NCBI GenBank assembly: GCA_017553445.1
Contig: JAFZMD010000091.1
Location: forward strand, 12,164 to 76,163
Source of the DNA: Methanobrevibacter sp.
GTDB taxonomy: Archaea > Methanobacteriota > Methanobacteria > Methanobacteriales > Methanobacteriaceae
Reading direction: 5' to 3'
Length of the DNA stretch: 64,000 nucleotides
Of the stretch, positions 48,203 through 58,769 are shown in pieces. Below the pieces are notes generated by a model. It saw only the letters and a list, made by a program, of their open reading frames with translations. It had not been told where the DNA came from and did not search any database. Made by a program: the position numbers and the translations under genes. Every line of letters begins with the position of its first letter. Position 1 is the stretch's first letter.

Positions 48203-49117
48203 ATGGCCTTGAAAGTCTCAGATATTGGTGAAAAAGAATTAATTAACTATATTTTATCTAAATCAAAGGATATCATTCCTGATGACACGGCTATCACAAA
48301 ATTTGGAGATACTAATCTAATTTCTACTTGTGACATGCTTATAGAGTCAAAACATTTTCCTAAGGAAATGTCTTATTTTCAGATGGGTTTCAAGGCAGTT
48401 ACCGTAAATGTCAGTGATCTTGCAGCCATGGGCGCCAATCCTTTAGGTTTTTTGCTTTCTATTGCTCTTCCAAAAGATTTGGAAGTTGATTATTTTAAAG
48501 AAATCATAAATGGCGTTGTAAATGCCTGTGATTATTATGAGATACCTTTAATCGGCGGAGATACCAATGAAGCGTCAGAAATTATTATTTCCGGGACTGC
48601 TTTAGGTTTATGTGAAAATCCGCTGATGAAAAATACGGCCAAACATGGAGACTTAATTTGTTTAACGGGCGATATTGGCATTGCGGCTTTAGGCTTTAAT
48701 TTAAATGGAGACAATATTTATACAAAAAAATCTTTGAAGCCTTTGGCAAGATTAAAGGAAGGTATTATTATTAAAAATGCCGGTGCAACTTCAGCAACTG
48801 ATATTACAGATGGTCTGGCTTCAGAATTATATGAAATGAAACCGGATTCCTTAGGTTTCATGATTTATGAAGATAAGCTTGAGATATCTGATGAATTTAA
48901 GGAAATTTCTTATGGATTGGATTTGAATTATCTTGATTTGATTTTGCATGTTGGCGAGGATTTTGAATTGCTATTTACCATTGATAAGGAAAATGATTTG
49001 GATATTGATTTTAGAGTTATAGGTGAAGTTAATGGTTCGGATAGGATACAGATCACATTAAGCAATGGCGAAGTAACAGAAATTGAAAACAGGGGATACA
49101 ATCATTATGTTAGTTGA
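48203..49117 (+). CDS. thiL: Thiamine-monophosphate kinase
   Basis: AIR-synthase-related fold. IGEKELI, DDTAI, TCDMLIESKHF, VNVSDLAAMGANP, IGGDTN. Confidence 0.8.
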   Translation: MALKVSDIGEKELINYILSKSKDIIPDDTAITKFGDTNLISTCDMLIESKHFPKEMSYFQMGFKAVTVNVSDLAAMGANPLGFLLSIALPKDLEVDYFKEIINGVVNACDYYEIPLIGGDTNEASEIIISGTALGLCENPLMKNTAKHGDLICLTGDIGIAALGFNLNGDNIYTKKSLKPLARLKEGIIIKNAGATSATDITDGLASELYEMKPDSLGFMIYEDKLEISDEFKEISYGLDLNYLDLILHVGEDFELLFTIDKENDLDIDFRVIGEVNGSDRIQITLSNGEVTEIENRGYNHYVS

Positions 49118-49979
49118 TCGGAATTTGTATAAAAAAAGCTCCAAGACACAAAAAGTCAGATGTGAGATTTGCGCTAATTATTGTAAAATTGCTGAAGGCA
49201 ATGTTGGGATTTGCAGACAGCATAAAAATGTAAATGGGGAGCTTTTTGACTTAAGTTATGGTATTGTATCTTCTTTAAGTCCGGATCCAGTTGAAAAAAA
49301 GCCTTTAAATCAGTTTATGCCAGGTACTTTTACATACTCTATCGGCGGTTTTGGGTGTAACATGACATGTTTGCACTGCCAGAACTATATCATATCACAT
49401 GAATATGAAAAGTTTGGCAATGGTATTAAAATACTACCAGAAACAATTGTGGAAAATGCACTCAAATATAATTGTAAGTCAATTGCTTGGACCTATAATG
49501 AACCTACTATACACTTACCTTTTAGCAAAAAAACTTCTTTACTTGCAAAGATAAAAAACCTGAAAGTAATCTATGTCAGCAATGGTTACATGTCAAGCCA
49601 GTCAATTGAAGAAATTTTAACATTTGTGGATGCATTCAATATAGACTTGAAATCCATGTCTGAAAAATTTTATAAAAAAGTATGTGGCGCAGATTTGGAT
49701 GTCGTTTTGGATAATCTGAAAAGAATTTATTTGGAAGGTAGACATTTGGAAGTCACCAACCTCATAATTAATGACTATAATGATTCAATAGAGGAAATAG
49801 AACAACTATGTGATTTTGTTGCAGATGAATTGTCCGTTGATGTTCCGCTGCATTTCTCAAGGGCATTTCCGTACTATAAAATGAGGGAAATAGAGCCGAC
49901 CAATAAGGATATTTTATATAAGGCCCGTGAAATAGCATTAAAAAAAGGAATTAAGAATGTTTATTTAGGCAATATTTAA
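49107..49979 (+). CDS. AmmeMemoRadiSam-system-type radical SAM enzyme (PFL-activase related)
   Basis: Start ATG 49107 (11-nt overlap with thiL). N-terminal Cys cluster CEICANYCKIAEGNVGIC. DPVEKKPLNQF. Radical SAM cluster GCNMTCLHCQNY. Confidence 0.75.
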   Translation: MLVDRNLYKKSSKTQKVRCEICANYCKIAEGNVGICRQHKNVNGELFDLSYGIVSSLSPDPVEKKPLNQFMPGTFTYSIGGFGCNMTCLHCQNYIISHEYEKFGNGIKILPETIVENALKYNCKSIAWTYNEPTIHLPFSKKTSLLAKIKNLKVIYVSNGYMSSQSIEEILTFVDAFNIDLKSMSEKFYKKVCGADLDVVLDNLKRIYLEGRHLEVTNLIINDYNDSIEEIEQLCDFVADELSVDVPLHFSRAFPYYKMREIEPTNKDILYKAREIALKKGIKNVYLGNI

Positions 49980-49980
49980 A

Positions 49981-51513
49981 TTAATAAAATAATGCCGTAA
50001 TATAAAGTGGAATAGCAGCCATGAATCCAAGTAAAGCTATGAATAGATAATTGTCTAAATTGTCTTTTTTAATGTTTTTACTATTAATATTTAATATTAA
50101 TGGCATTAGAGTAAATAATGGAATAAAATATCTTAAATGTACTCCCCAAACAACTCCCTTTTCAAAGTTTCCAACTCCTGCCCATGTTAATAATTGAATA
50201 AAGTATGTTCCAACAATTATGGTAATAGTTATTAAAAGTAATTTTAATCTATCAATATTCCTTATTTTTATATATAAAGGATAAAACAAGCATACAAATC
50301 CAAAGAATAAATAATATAACACAGATAGTAATTTTCCTCTTGTATAATCAACAAAATAAAAGTTATATGAAAGATTAAACATCTTTAACATTAACTTTGG
50401 AACTTCATATATCAATGTTGAAAAGAGAATTAGAGTTTCCTTAATATGTGTTGAAATGTATTTAAGTTGTTCCTGTGGATTAGTTCCATGTTGTTCAAAC
50501 ATATAGGTTCTAATACTATTATTTAAGCTATCAATTGAATAAAATTTAGCATATGCAACCGTAACAGTTAAAGTTAAAATGATTCCAAGCATACTAATAA
50601 AGAAATATTTTTCATTTTCATATTTATCTCTTGGAACTAATAAAATTAAAAATGCAAAAATCACGTAATTTGGTTTGATTAGAGATAATAGTGTTATTAA
50701 AGAGAAAAACAGTATAATATTTTTAATTTTTATTGATTTTGGTTTTGATTTATATAAATATAGGAAATATCCAATAATTATTAAGGATATGCCATATACA
50801 AATGCATCAATACTAACGGAAGATGATTGGTATATTGCAAGGGGAATGCATGAACAAACTAAAAGAGGCATTTTTAGTATTGGTGCTTTTTTAATAGCTA
50901 TATATGCAAAACTAGCATACATTAACAAATTAAAGAATCTAGCAAACCATAATGCAAAAATTTCTGTCAAATTTAAAATTTTAGCTAATTTAAGTCCAAT
51001 TGCCGATGATATATAACCATAAAAAGGATTTTGTGAAAAAATTTTATCTACTTGGGCAGGACTGTTGTTAATTTGTGTGCTTGTAGCTGAAGAATCTAAA
51101 AATGTTACAATTTTTCTTTCAGTATCTCCTAAATCCTTTGATGTTTGGGATACAGTATAATTTTTTGTTATATTATTAAATTCAGGTATTAATACTCCTT
51201 CAGATAATGAATCTACTCTAAAAAAATGTTCTGCTTCATCATTTACAATAAAAATTGGTGTTAAAAGTAAACAAGTAATTCCAAAAATAAGTATTATTGA
51301 AAATGCGACCTTATGGAGTTCCTCATAATTTTTTTTAAAGTAAATAATTGAAAATATTCCTTCAATTAATAAAATAAAAATAATTAATACCTCTTTAAAT
51401 GGACTAATATAATTTTCATAGTTAAATATGATTAATACTAATAAAAAAATAGTCAAACAATAAAATAGAATTAATTTTTTATTTTTATTTAATATATTTA
51501 TCATGTTTTCCAT
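49981..51513 (-). CDS. Polytopic GT-C-like membrane protein (DUF2142-like), paralog 1
   Basis: 510 aa. Shares NDEAEHFFR, QNPFYGYISSAIG, WFARFFNLLMYA, KKAPILK, PLAIYQSSS with ORFs 54585-56078 and 57224-58741. Confidence 0.65.
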   Translation of the reverse strand: MENMINILNKNKKLILFYCLTIFLLVLIIFNYENYISPFKEVLIIFILLIEGIFSIIYFKKNYEELHKVAFSIILIFGITCLLLTPIFIVNDEAEHFFRVDSLSEGVLIPEFNNITKNYTVSQTSKDLGDTERKIVTFLDSSATSTQINNSPAQVDKIFSQNPFYGYISSAIGLKLAKILNLTEIFALWFARFFNLLMYASFAYIAIKKAPILKMPLLVCSCIPLAIYQSSSVSIDAFVYGISLIIIGYFLYLYKSKPKSIKIKNIILFFSLITLLSLIKPNYVIFAFLILLVPRDKYENEKYFFISMLGIILTLTVTVAYAKFYSIDSLNNSIRTYMFEQHGTNPQEQLKYISTHIKETLILFSTLIYEVPKLMLKMFNLSYNFYFVDYTRGKLLSVLYYLFFGFVCLFYPLYIKIRNIDRLKLLLITITIIVGTYFIQLLTWAGVGNFEKGVVWGVHLRYFIPLFTLMPLILNINSKNIKKDNLDNYLFIALLGFMAAIPLYITALFY

Positions 51514-51558
51514 ATTTTATACAATTAGCTAATAAATAATAATTTGGGAAATTTTAGA

Positions 51559-52815
51559 TTATTCCCCAAAACTAACTCTTTCGAATTTTTCTATAGTTTT
51601 TAAAGATTTGGTTGCATCCACGCCAATTTTAGTTGTAGTACCATCACTTTCAGCTACAGGATCAAGTGATGAACCGCGCACATTAGGAACAATCATAATG
51701 TCTCTATCACCTTTAACGCGTGTAGCTATTGCATACTCAACATCTTCAGCATCAAATACATTAACGTCTGTATCTACAACAACACAATGCTTTAATGATG
51801 GATGAGCAGACAACGCCGCCATTATTGCATTTTTACCGTCACCTTCAGTTTGCTTGTTTATGGAAACGGCAGCATGTAACCAGCAGCAACCTCCTTCAGT
51901 TAAAACGACATTTTTAACTGTAGGTACTGCATTTTTAACGGATTTAAATATTCTAGGCTCTTGAGGAAGGCCTTGCAGTAATTTATGTTCAAATCCTGCT
52001 GGGATAATTGCATGATAACATGGATTATCCTTTTTGATGTGCATTTTCTCTAAGTTTATTACAGGCTGGTCACGAATAATGTCATAAGTATCGGTTAAAT
52101 CAACGAATGGTCCTTCACTGACAGTTTCGGTCACGGAGATTTTACCTTCTAGAATGATGTCTGCCTGTGGCACTTCCAAGTCTCCGCATTTAATCAATGT
52201 TAATTCACCATCTTTAAATGCGTTAGCGACATCCATTTCATTATAGTCGATAGGAATTGAAGTTGTACTTGCAAGCAATATGGCAGGGTCCATTCCAATA
52301 GCTATTGCTATTTCCAAGTCTTTTCCTTCTTTTTGAGCATTTTGGAAGTAAGTATAAAGGTTTCTCGGAACAATCCTGATTACAAGTCTTTTATCATCCA
52401 AAACCATCATCCTATGGATTGATGCATTTTGAACACCGCTTACAGGGTCACGTGCGAAGACAACACCTGCAGTAATGTATTTTCCACCGTCTCTTTTGTA
52501 ATGGGTTAATATAGGTATTTTATCCAAATTGACTTCCAGACTATCATATTCACTAAAGTCTGTAAATTTATCGACTTTAATAGGATTGTCACTGGCTTCA
52601 ATAATTTTTTCAGTAATTTCAGAAACTTCACAGTTAATTGATTCAGCAATTTTTGCACGAGTATTGCAGATACCTGAAATAACAGGCATATCAAACCCTT
52701 TAACATTTCTTATAATAACAGTATCTTTTGGATAATCTCTTAAAACGCGTGATACTTCATATTCGGATGATAATTCCTCTGTTATTTCAATAATATTTTC
52801 ATCATTAATATTCAT
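51559..52815 (-). CDS. UbiD-family decarboxylase (possibly anhydromevalonate-phosphate decarboxylase of the archaeal mevalonate pathway)
   Basis: 418 aa with overall UbiD pattern ([24 protein letters not shown]). The specific role is inferred from the known use of a UbiD homolog in the archaeal mevalonate route. Confidence 0.75.
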   Translation of the reverse strand: MNINDENIIEITEELSSEYEVSRVLRDYPKDTVIIRNVKGFDMPVISGICNTRAKIAESINCEVSEITEKIIEASDNPIKVDKFTDFSEYDSLEVNLDKIPILTHYKRDGGKYITAGVVFARDPVSGVQNASIHRMMVLDDKRLVIRIVPRNLYTYFQNAQKEGKDLEIAIAIGMDPAILLASTTSIPIDYNEMDVANAFKDGELTLIKCGDLEVPQADIILEGKISVTETVSEGPFVDLTDTYDIIRDQPVINLEKMHIKKDNPCYHAIIPAGFEHKLLQGLPQEPRIFKSVKNAVPTVKNVVLTEGGCCWLHAAVSINKQTEGDGKNAIMAALSAHPSLKHCVVVDTDVNVFDAEDVEYAIATRVKGDRDIMIVPNVRGSSLDPVAESDGTTTKIGVDATKSLKTIEKFERVSFGE

Positions 52816-52823
52816 TCAAATCC

Positions 52824-53846
52824 CTACAAATTAATTTTTTTATCTTTTAATTTAGTTAAAACTTCAATAATGTTAGTATCTTTAATTGAAAGTATTTCAC
52901 CAGCCAGAACGCCTGCATTACGGCCATTATTAATACCAACTGTTGCTACAGGAACTCCTGGTGGCATATTTACGGTTGTAAGCATGTGTTCTCTTCCAAG
53001 TTCGTTTTCACATGGAACACCAATAACAGGCCTATCTGTAAGCCCGACCAAAGCGCCGGTAACCTGTGATGAGTTTGAACTGATTCCAATAAATATTTTT
53101 GAGTGTTTAACGGAGGAAATATAGCTTTTGAATTTACCGTTTGATCTTATTGGACATACCACTTTCATGTTATATGAAATTTTAAGCCTTTCAAGAGTAG
53201 CACTTACTTTTTTAGCTACTATTAAGTCGGATTGTCTACCGACGATAATTGCAACATCAGCATCAGGATTTATATTTGACGTATCTATTTCTTCCATAAT
53301 TTCTTCTTCTATTTTTAGATTTTCAACAGCCAAATAATCATTAACAAGGAACTTTTTGTCTTCAATTTCATCAACAATTTTGTTACTGTCATAAACCTTT
53401 TTTTGATATTGTTTTCTAAGGCCAATAACCTTTTCACGTATTTCACTATCATGTATGCCCATAAATTGCGCTGCTAAAATTGCGGCATTATCTCCCCTGT
53501 CAATTCCAACTGTTGCAATTGGGGAAGGATATGGCATATGAACGCAGGAGTCAAGTGCATCAATACCGCCTGTTTTGACATCTACAGGAACGCCTATAAC
53601 TGGTCTAGGAGTATAAGCAGCTATTGCTCCAGGTAAATGTGCTGCTAGCCCTGCAATTCCTATAAAAACTTCGATTCCGGCATCAGTACCTTGCTTTACA
53701 ATTTCACGAACAAGATTTGGCGTTCTATGGGCTGATGCGATTTTTAAACTATAAGGAATTTCTAATTTTTCTAAAATATCCATACTCTTCTCGGCAATTT
53801 TAATGTCAGAACCACTGCCAAGAATAATCATTACTTTTGGAACCAT
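52824..53846 (-). CDS. purE: N5-carboxyaminoimidazole ribonucleotide mutase, tandem PurE-PurE fusion (second module degenerate)
   Basis: Start ATG 53846 (GAGGT 8 nt upstream). Module 1: IILGSGSD...IASAHRTP...GLAAHLPG. Module 2: IIVGRQSD...VVCPIRSNG...SSQVTG. Confidence 0.85.
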   Translation of the reverse strand: MVPKVMIILGSGSDIKIAEKSMDILEKLEIPYSLKIASAHRTPNLVREIVKQGTDAGIEVFIGIAGLAAHLPGAIAAYTPRPVIGVPVDVKTGGIDALDSCVHMPYPSPIATVGIDRGDNAAILAAQFMGIHDSEIREKVIGLRKQYQKKVYDSNKIVDEIEDKKFLVNDYLAVENLKIEEEIMEEIDTSNINPDADVAIIVGRQSDLIVAKKVSATLERLKISYNMKVVCPIRSNGKFKSYISSVKHSKIFIGISSNSSQVTGALVGLTDRPVIGVPCENELGREHMLTTVNMPPGVPVATVGINNGRNAGVLAGEILSIKDTNIIEVLTKLKDKKINL

Positions 53847-54005
53847 TATAAAATACCTCATTGAAAATTAATACCACTTAATAATATGATTATTAATTAT
53901 ATTTAAAATTATGATTTTTTAAATGATATGGAAAATATTTTATAAAAATAAATGTTTAAAAAAAGTTATTATTATATATTTTTTATTTAAATTTTAAAGT
54001 AATAA

Positions 54006-54434
54006 TTATATTTCTTTACCGTAAAACATCACACGACGTGCTGAAAAGTTCCAGAACAGAACTAATATTGAAGCAATAATTTTAGACCATAGATAGTTAA
54101 TTGAACACATGTCCGTGAATATGTAAAGAAGTATTTCTGTTAAAATCCAACCCACAATACTTATTGCTAAAAAAATATTAAATTCTAAGGCTTTATTTTC
54201 GATTTGGCTTTGGTTGAATACCCATGATGTGGATAGATAGTAATTTGCAAGAACAGATATGAAAAATGCAATTGTAGCTGCTATTAGATAATTTATATTT
54301 AAAAATTCAACTAATGCGAAGTATATGGAAAAGTCAATTATAAATGCTGTTCCTCCTACAAAAATGAATCTGAAGAACTGTAGGAAAACATTGTCTGTTT
54401 TATCAACAAATAACTTTTTGGTCAAATCTTTCAT
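54006..54434 (-). CDS. GtrA-family membrane protein (polyprenyl-phosphate-sugar flippase-like)
   Basis: Start ATG 54434 (AGGTGA upstream). ~140 aa, 4 TM. FLQFFRFIFVGGTAFIIDF and WNFSARRVMF motifs typical of GtrA. Confidence 0.8.
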   Translation of the reverse strand: MKDLTKKLFVDKTDNVFLQFFRFIFVGGTAFIIDFSIYFALVEFLNINYLIAATIAFFISVLANYYLSTSWVFNQSQIENKALEFNIFLAISIVGWILTEILLYIFTDMCSINYLWSKIIASILVLFWNFSARRVMFYGKEI

Positions 54435-54584
54435 CAAATCACCTAATGAGCAAAGCAATAATCATTAAAAAAAATATTGCAATTCTAGTTACTGTATTTA
54501 ATTCTTATCTTTTTAATTTCTTATTATTTATTAATTTTGATATTTTAGAAATATTAAGGCATCTGCTGATTGGAAATTAAATCA

Positions 54585-56078
54585 CTAATATAACATTCCG
54601 GCCATGAATGTCAACATGCCACATAGGAATATCAGAATGCAGGTTACAATTAATGTTTCATTATTTTTAATCCTTGAATTCTTATAGTTTATAATTAATG
54701 GAATCAATACGAATATCGGCAAAAAGTATCTTGGAACGACTCCAGATTCAATCAAATCTTTAGCGCCGACGGGAGCCCAGGTTAAATATTGAACCAGATA
54801 AGTTCCAAATATTATGATAAATAAACTAAAAGCAGTTATTATGCGTGTATTTCTCTTGATTTTATCTTCAATCTGATAAAATAGACAAAATAAGATGAAA
54901 AATAAAGCATATATGATATTAAATAATGGAAAATTATTATAGTTTGTATAAAGCTTTGATAACGCATCAATTTGAACAGGTATTTGATTTCCAATCTGTA
55001 AAAATGTAATTATTCCATGTGCATCTGACAATAAGTACTTTATCTGATCATTGGCATTAACATGCTTTTGTGCAAATAAAGAAGCTCTCCATGAATGGGA
55101 TATGCTTCCAACTGCATAAAATTTGGCCCAGATAAGTAAAGCTATCAATGTTATAAATATTGATAAAAATCCCAAATATTTGTCTTTTGGATTTTTGAAA
55201 TTGCTTTTGGGAACAATCAGTATCAATAGTGCAAATCCGCCGAGTGTCACCTTTGAAAATCCAAGAATGATAACTAAAATCGTGAAGATTCCTATTTCTT
55301 TTTTCGTTAAACTTCCTTCTTTTGCTTTATACATATATAAAAGATAAGCTATTACTATAAATGAGAAACTGAATATAAATGAATCGCTACTGAATGATGC
55401 GGCCTGGACTATTGCCAGCGGAAATGCTGCAACAACTGCCATAGGCACTTTTAGGATAGGAGTTTTTTTAATAGCTATAAACGTAAAAGAGGCATATAAC
55501 AATAAATTAAAAAACCTTCCTGCCCATAACATACTTATCTGATTTAGATTAAGGAGTTTTGCCAAATCAATTCCTATTGCCTGTGCAAGATATGCGTAAA
55601 ACGGATTTTGTTCAAATGCTGAGTTGACCAAGTGTGGAGTCGTGTTTATAGGCTGAGTATTCCAGGAATTTGTTTCAAAGAAAGTTTGATCCATTGGCAT
55701 ATGGGCCAGTGAATCTATACTCATAAATCCACTTTTATTTCCTTGTGTAATGTATTGTGGGAAGAAATCTCCATGAGATGTTATTTCAGACCTCATGAAA
55801 TGTTCTCCCTCATCGGATACGCTGTTGATTGGAGATAAAAATACACATAACAATCCAAACAATACAATAATCATGAATACGGTTCGTTCTATATTTTTTG
55901 TTTTGTTATAATAATATAATGATACAATTCCACATATTGATGTGTAAATAAGAGTTAAAATAAAAAAAGAAGATTTAAAGTTAGCTCTATTGAATATGAC
56001 AATGTTTATAATAATTATTGATAGCAATAAAATTATCAATGATTTTTTGTAGTTATTTAAGTTTTTATAGTCTATCAT
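54585..56078 (-). CDS. Polytopic GT-C-like membrane protein (DUF2142-like), paralog 2
   Basis: 497 aa. SDEGEHFMR, QNPFYAYLAQAIG, WAGRFFNLLLYA, KKTPILK, PLAIVQAAS. Confidence 0.65.
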   Translation of the reverse strand: MIDYKNLNNYKKSLIILLLSIIIINIVIFNRANFKSSFFILTLIYTSICGIVSLYYYNKTKNIERTVFMIIVLFGLLCVFLSPINSVSDEGEHFMRSEITSHGDFFPQYITQGNKSGFMSIDSLAHMPMDQTFFETNSWNTQPINTTPHLVNSAFEQNPFYAYLAQAIGIDLAKLLNLNQISMLWAGRFFNLLLYASFTFIAIKKTPILKVPMAVVAAFPLAIVQAASFSSDSFIFSFSFIVIAYLLYMYKAKEGSLTKKEIGIFTILVIILGFSKVTLGGFALLILIVPKSNFKNPKDKYLGFLSIFITLIALLIWAKFYAVGSISHSWRASLFAQKHVNANDQIKYLLSDAHGIITFLQIGNQIPVQIDALSKLYTNYNNFPLFNIIYALFFILFCLFYQIEDKIKRNTRIITAFSLFIIIFGTYLVQYLTWAPVGAKDLIESGVVPRYFLPIFVLIPLIINYKNSRIKNNETLIVTCILIFLCGMLTFMAGMLY

Positions 56079-57157
56079 GAATATCCGGATAATATTTTAA
56101 GTTTAGGTATTTTTGATACAATTAATACTGAAATCCATGCTAAAATAATAGTAATTATGCTTAAAACAGCTATTAATAGTGCCATTTGTGCCCCTGATAA
56201 TGGAAGCAGATCAAAATACTGGAAAACAATCATTACTAAATATATATGGGTTAAATACATCCCATAACTTGATCTGCTAATGCTTAATATTATTTTTTTG
56301 ACTATATTAATTTCAAAAAATCCTTTTATTTTTCTTCCAAAACCTTCTTTGCTATCGTCAATTGCTTTAATTAAGATAAATATACTTGCTGATTCAAGTA
56401 TTCCTATTAAGCTGATATCCAAAAAGGAATCCAAATGAACAGTATTATTTACCATGAATAAATATAAAATTTTATATGGAATTGGCTGATAAAGCCTTAT
56501 AATGAATATTGAGAGAAATACAATTAGACCAATAATAATTAAAGCATTGCTTGAAAGTTTATATTCTCTATTAGCTAAATAGTATCCTAAAATTACATAT
56601 CCAATCGGCGTTATAAAGAATGTCAGGTCAAGAAAAGTAATCCAATTAAATAAAATGCATATCTGGTATATTATTGAAGAAATGATAAATATTGAAGTGA
56701 AATATTTTGCCCCTTCAATCTTTTTGTTTTTTATAAATTCATTTATAACAGGAATAGCCAAAAATACTCCAATTACCATCCAGAAGTACCAGTTTACTCC
56801 TAAATTGAAGAAATCATTTATATAAAAAATTAATGCATCATAATTGAAAGGAAGCTGATTTAAAATTCCAATGACAATTAATGCTATCAGCATCCAGAAA
56901 ACATATGGCGGAACTAATCTCAATGTTTTCTTGTTAATGAAGTCTTTAATTGAAGGATAATCTCTGTTTAAGAGTAATGCACCAGATATCATTAGAAATA
57001 ATGGAACTCCCACTTTTCCTATATGCTGAAAGTGAGTGAAAGGTATATTTAAAATTGCAGCCTGTCTTCCAATAATGCACACATGACTAATTATTATTGC
57101 AAAAATAGCTACAGTTTTTAAAATATCAATATACATATATCTGATTTTATCACTCAT
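56075..57157 (-). CDS. Acyltransferase-3 family membrane O-acyltransferase
   Basis: 360 aa, ~10 TM. N-terminal IDILKTVAIFAIIISH pattern. 4-nt overlap with the downstream gene. Confidence 0.75.
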   Translation of the reverse strand: MSDKIRYMYIDILKTVAIFAIIISHVCIIGRQAAILNIPFTHFQHIGKVGVPLFLMISGALLLNRDYPSIKDFINKKTLRLVPPYVFWMLIALIVIGILNQLPFNYDALIFYINDFFNLGVNWYFWMVIGVFLAIPVINEFIKNKKIEGAKYFTSIFIISSIIYQICILFNWITFLDLTFFITPIGYVILGYYLANREYKLSSNALIIIGLIVFLSIFIIRLYQPIPYKILYLFMVNNTVHLDSFLDISLIGILESASIFILIKAIDDSKEGFGRKIKGFFEINIVKKIILSISRSSYGMYLTHIYLVMIVFQYFDLLPLSGAQMALLIAVLSIITIILAWISVLIVSKIPKLKILSGYS

Positions 57158-57223
57158 GAAAACACCATTATTTAGTATTTTAAATTTTCTTTTTAATATA
57201 TATTATTTTAAATTATGCCTTTT

Positions 57224-58741
57224 TCAGTATTTAATGGTCACTGTAAGAATTATCATAGCTGAAATAAAACTGAGGGCTATTGTTAAAAATGTTAACGACA
57301 ACTTTTCCCTATCCTGTTCAAAAAAATCAGTATTCAGTATTAACGGAACAAATATTAACAATGGGATAAAGTAACGACTGAACACTCCATTCATGACAGT
57401 TTCTGCACCGACACTTGCCCAAGTTAAATACTGGACTGCTATTACACCAAAATAAATTAAAAATCCAATTAATAATCCTTTCAATTTTGTTTTCATGCCA
57501 AACTTTTCATCTAACGGATAAATCAGTGCGAAAACAGTGAAAAATATCATGTAAAGACTGGATAGTAATCTGGATGAATATGCACCAGCAGCATTTGAAA
57601 AATAAAAGAATCTATCTATGATAACTGGAAACTCATTGAAAATATTTGAAAATCTTTCCATGGAGAATATGGGATTGCTTAAAAGAAGATTAATTTGTTC
57701 TTTTGCGTTAACGTGATTGGATATGAAATGGTCTCCTCTCCAGGAATTTGCCAATACGCTTGTTGCATATCCGCTCCAAGCAATTCCTATTGCAAGAATA
57801 ATCAAGATTGCAAGTTTGGATATTATGTTTTGGGTTTTGTTTTCATAATTTTTCTTTGGAACTAAAAATATCAGTAGGCTTAAAGCCAAAAACGGTGACT
57901 TTAATAAGCCGGAAAATATGACTGCACAGTAAAAAATGCCCAAATCAGTCCATTTGATATTTGGAGTTTTATAGAAATATAAAAAGTATGCAAATGCGAG
58001 AATTGAAAGTGATATGAATATTCCGTCAACGCTTAATGATGCAGCCTGATATATTGCCAAAGGCAAAATCGATACAATCAGCATTGAAAACTTTAAGATT
58101 GGGGCTTTACGAATGGCAAATGATATAATGACTGCATATAGAGCTAAATTAAATAGTCTTCCTAACCACAACAGCCATATTGCATTCAAATCCAATAATT
58201 TTGCAACAAACATACCTATCGCTTGAGGAAGGTAGGCATAAAATGGATTTTGTGAAAATGCGGAGCTTATGTATGATGGAGTTAGATTAATCTTTGCATC
58301 GTCAGCATCCGTTTTAAATACATTTGAACCTGTATTTTCACCCAATAATGTCAATGATGTTATTGTTTTATATCCATGTTCTGTAGAATTGGGAATTTGA
58401 ATATAATCGGTTGATATCTGACCTGTTGATACGATTTCTGATCGTATTGAATGTTCTTGCTCGTCCGATACATCATCTATCGGCGTTAAAAATACACATG
58501 TAATTCCAAAAAGCAGTATTATTACAAGTGCGACTTTATGGATATTATTTTCATTTTGTATGTAGTAATATAAACTGAAACTTCCAATAATAAAAACTAA
58601 CACCAATATGACCATTTCAAAAATTGGGGATGAATAATTTTTGTATTGAAAGGAACTTATTGTAAAAAAGGATAAAATAACCAGATAAAGCAATATATAT
58701 TTTTTATTCTTCAATTTGGAATTAATTGTTTCTAATGTCAT
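57224..58741 (-). CDS. Polytopic GT-C-like membrane protein (DUF2142-like), paralog 3
   Basis: 505 aa. SDEQEHSIR, QNPFYAYLPQAIG, WLGRLFNLALYA, RKAPILK, PLAIYQAAS. Confidence 0.65.
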   Translation of the reverse strand: MTLETINSKLKNKKYILLYLVILSFFTISSFQYKNYSSPIFEMVILVLVFIIGSFSLYYYIQNENNIHKVALVIILLFGITCVFLTPIDDVSDEQEHSIRSEIVSTGQISTDYIQIPNSTEHGYKTITSLTLLGENTGSNVFKTDADDAKINLTPSYISSAFSQNPFYAYLPQAIGMFVAKLLDLNAIWLLWLGRLFNLALYAVIISFAIRKAPILKFSMLIVSILPLAIYQAASLSVDGIFISLSILAFAYFLYFYKTPNIKWTDLGIFYCAVIFSGLLKSPFLALSLLIFLVPKKNYENKTQNIISKLAILIILAIGIAWSGYATSVLANSWRGDHFISNHVNAKEQINLLLSNPIFSMERFSNIFNEFPVIIDRFFYFSNAAGAYSSRLLSSLYMIFFTVFALIYPLDEKFGMKTKLKGLLIGFLIYFGVIAVQYLTWASVGAETVMNGVFSRYFIPLLIFVPLILNTDFFEQDREKLSLTFLTIALSFISAMIILTVTIKY

Positions 58742-58769
58742 CTTATCCTTAAAGATTTATTTTAGAATC

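Noticed and set aside
50675-51016. 113-aa plus-strand ORF
   Set aside because: It is antisense to DUF2142-like paralog 1.
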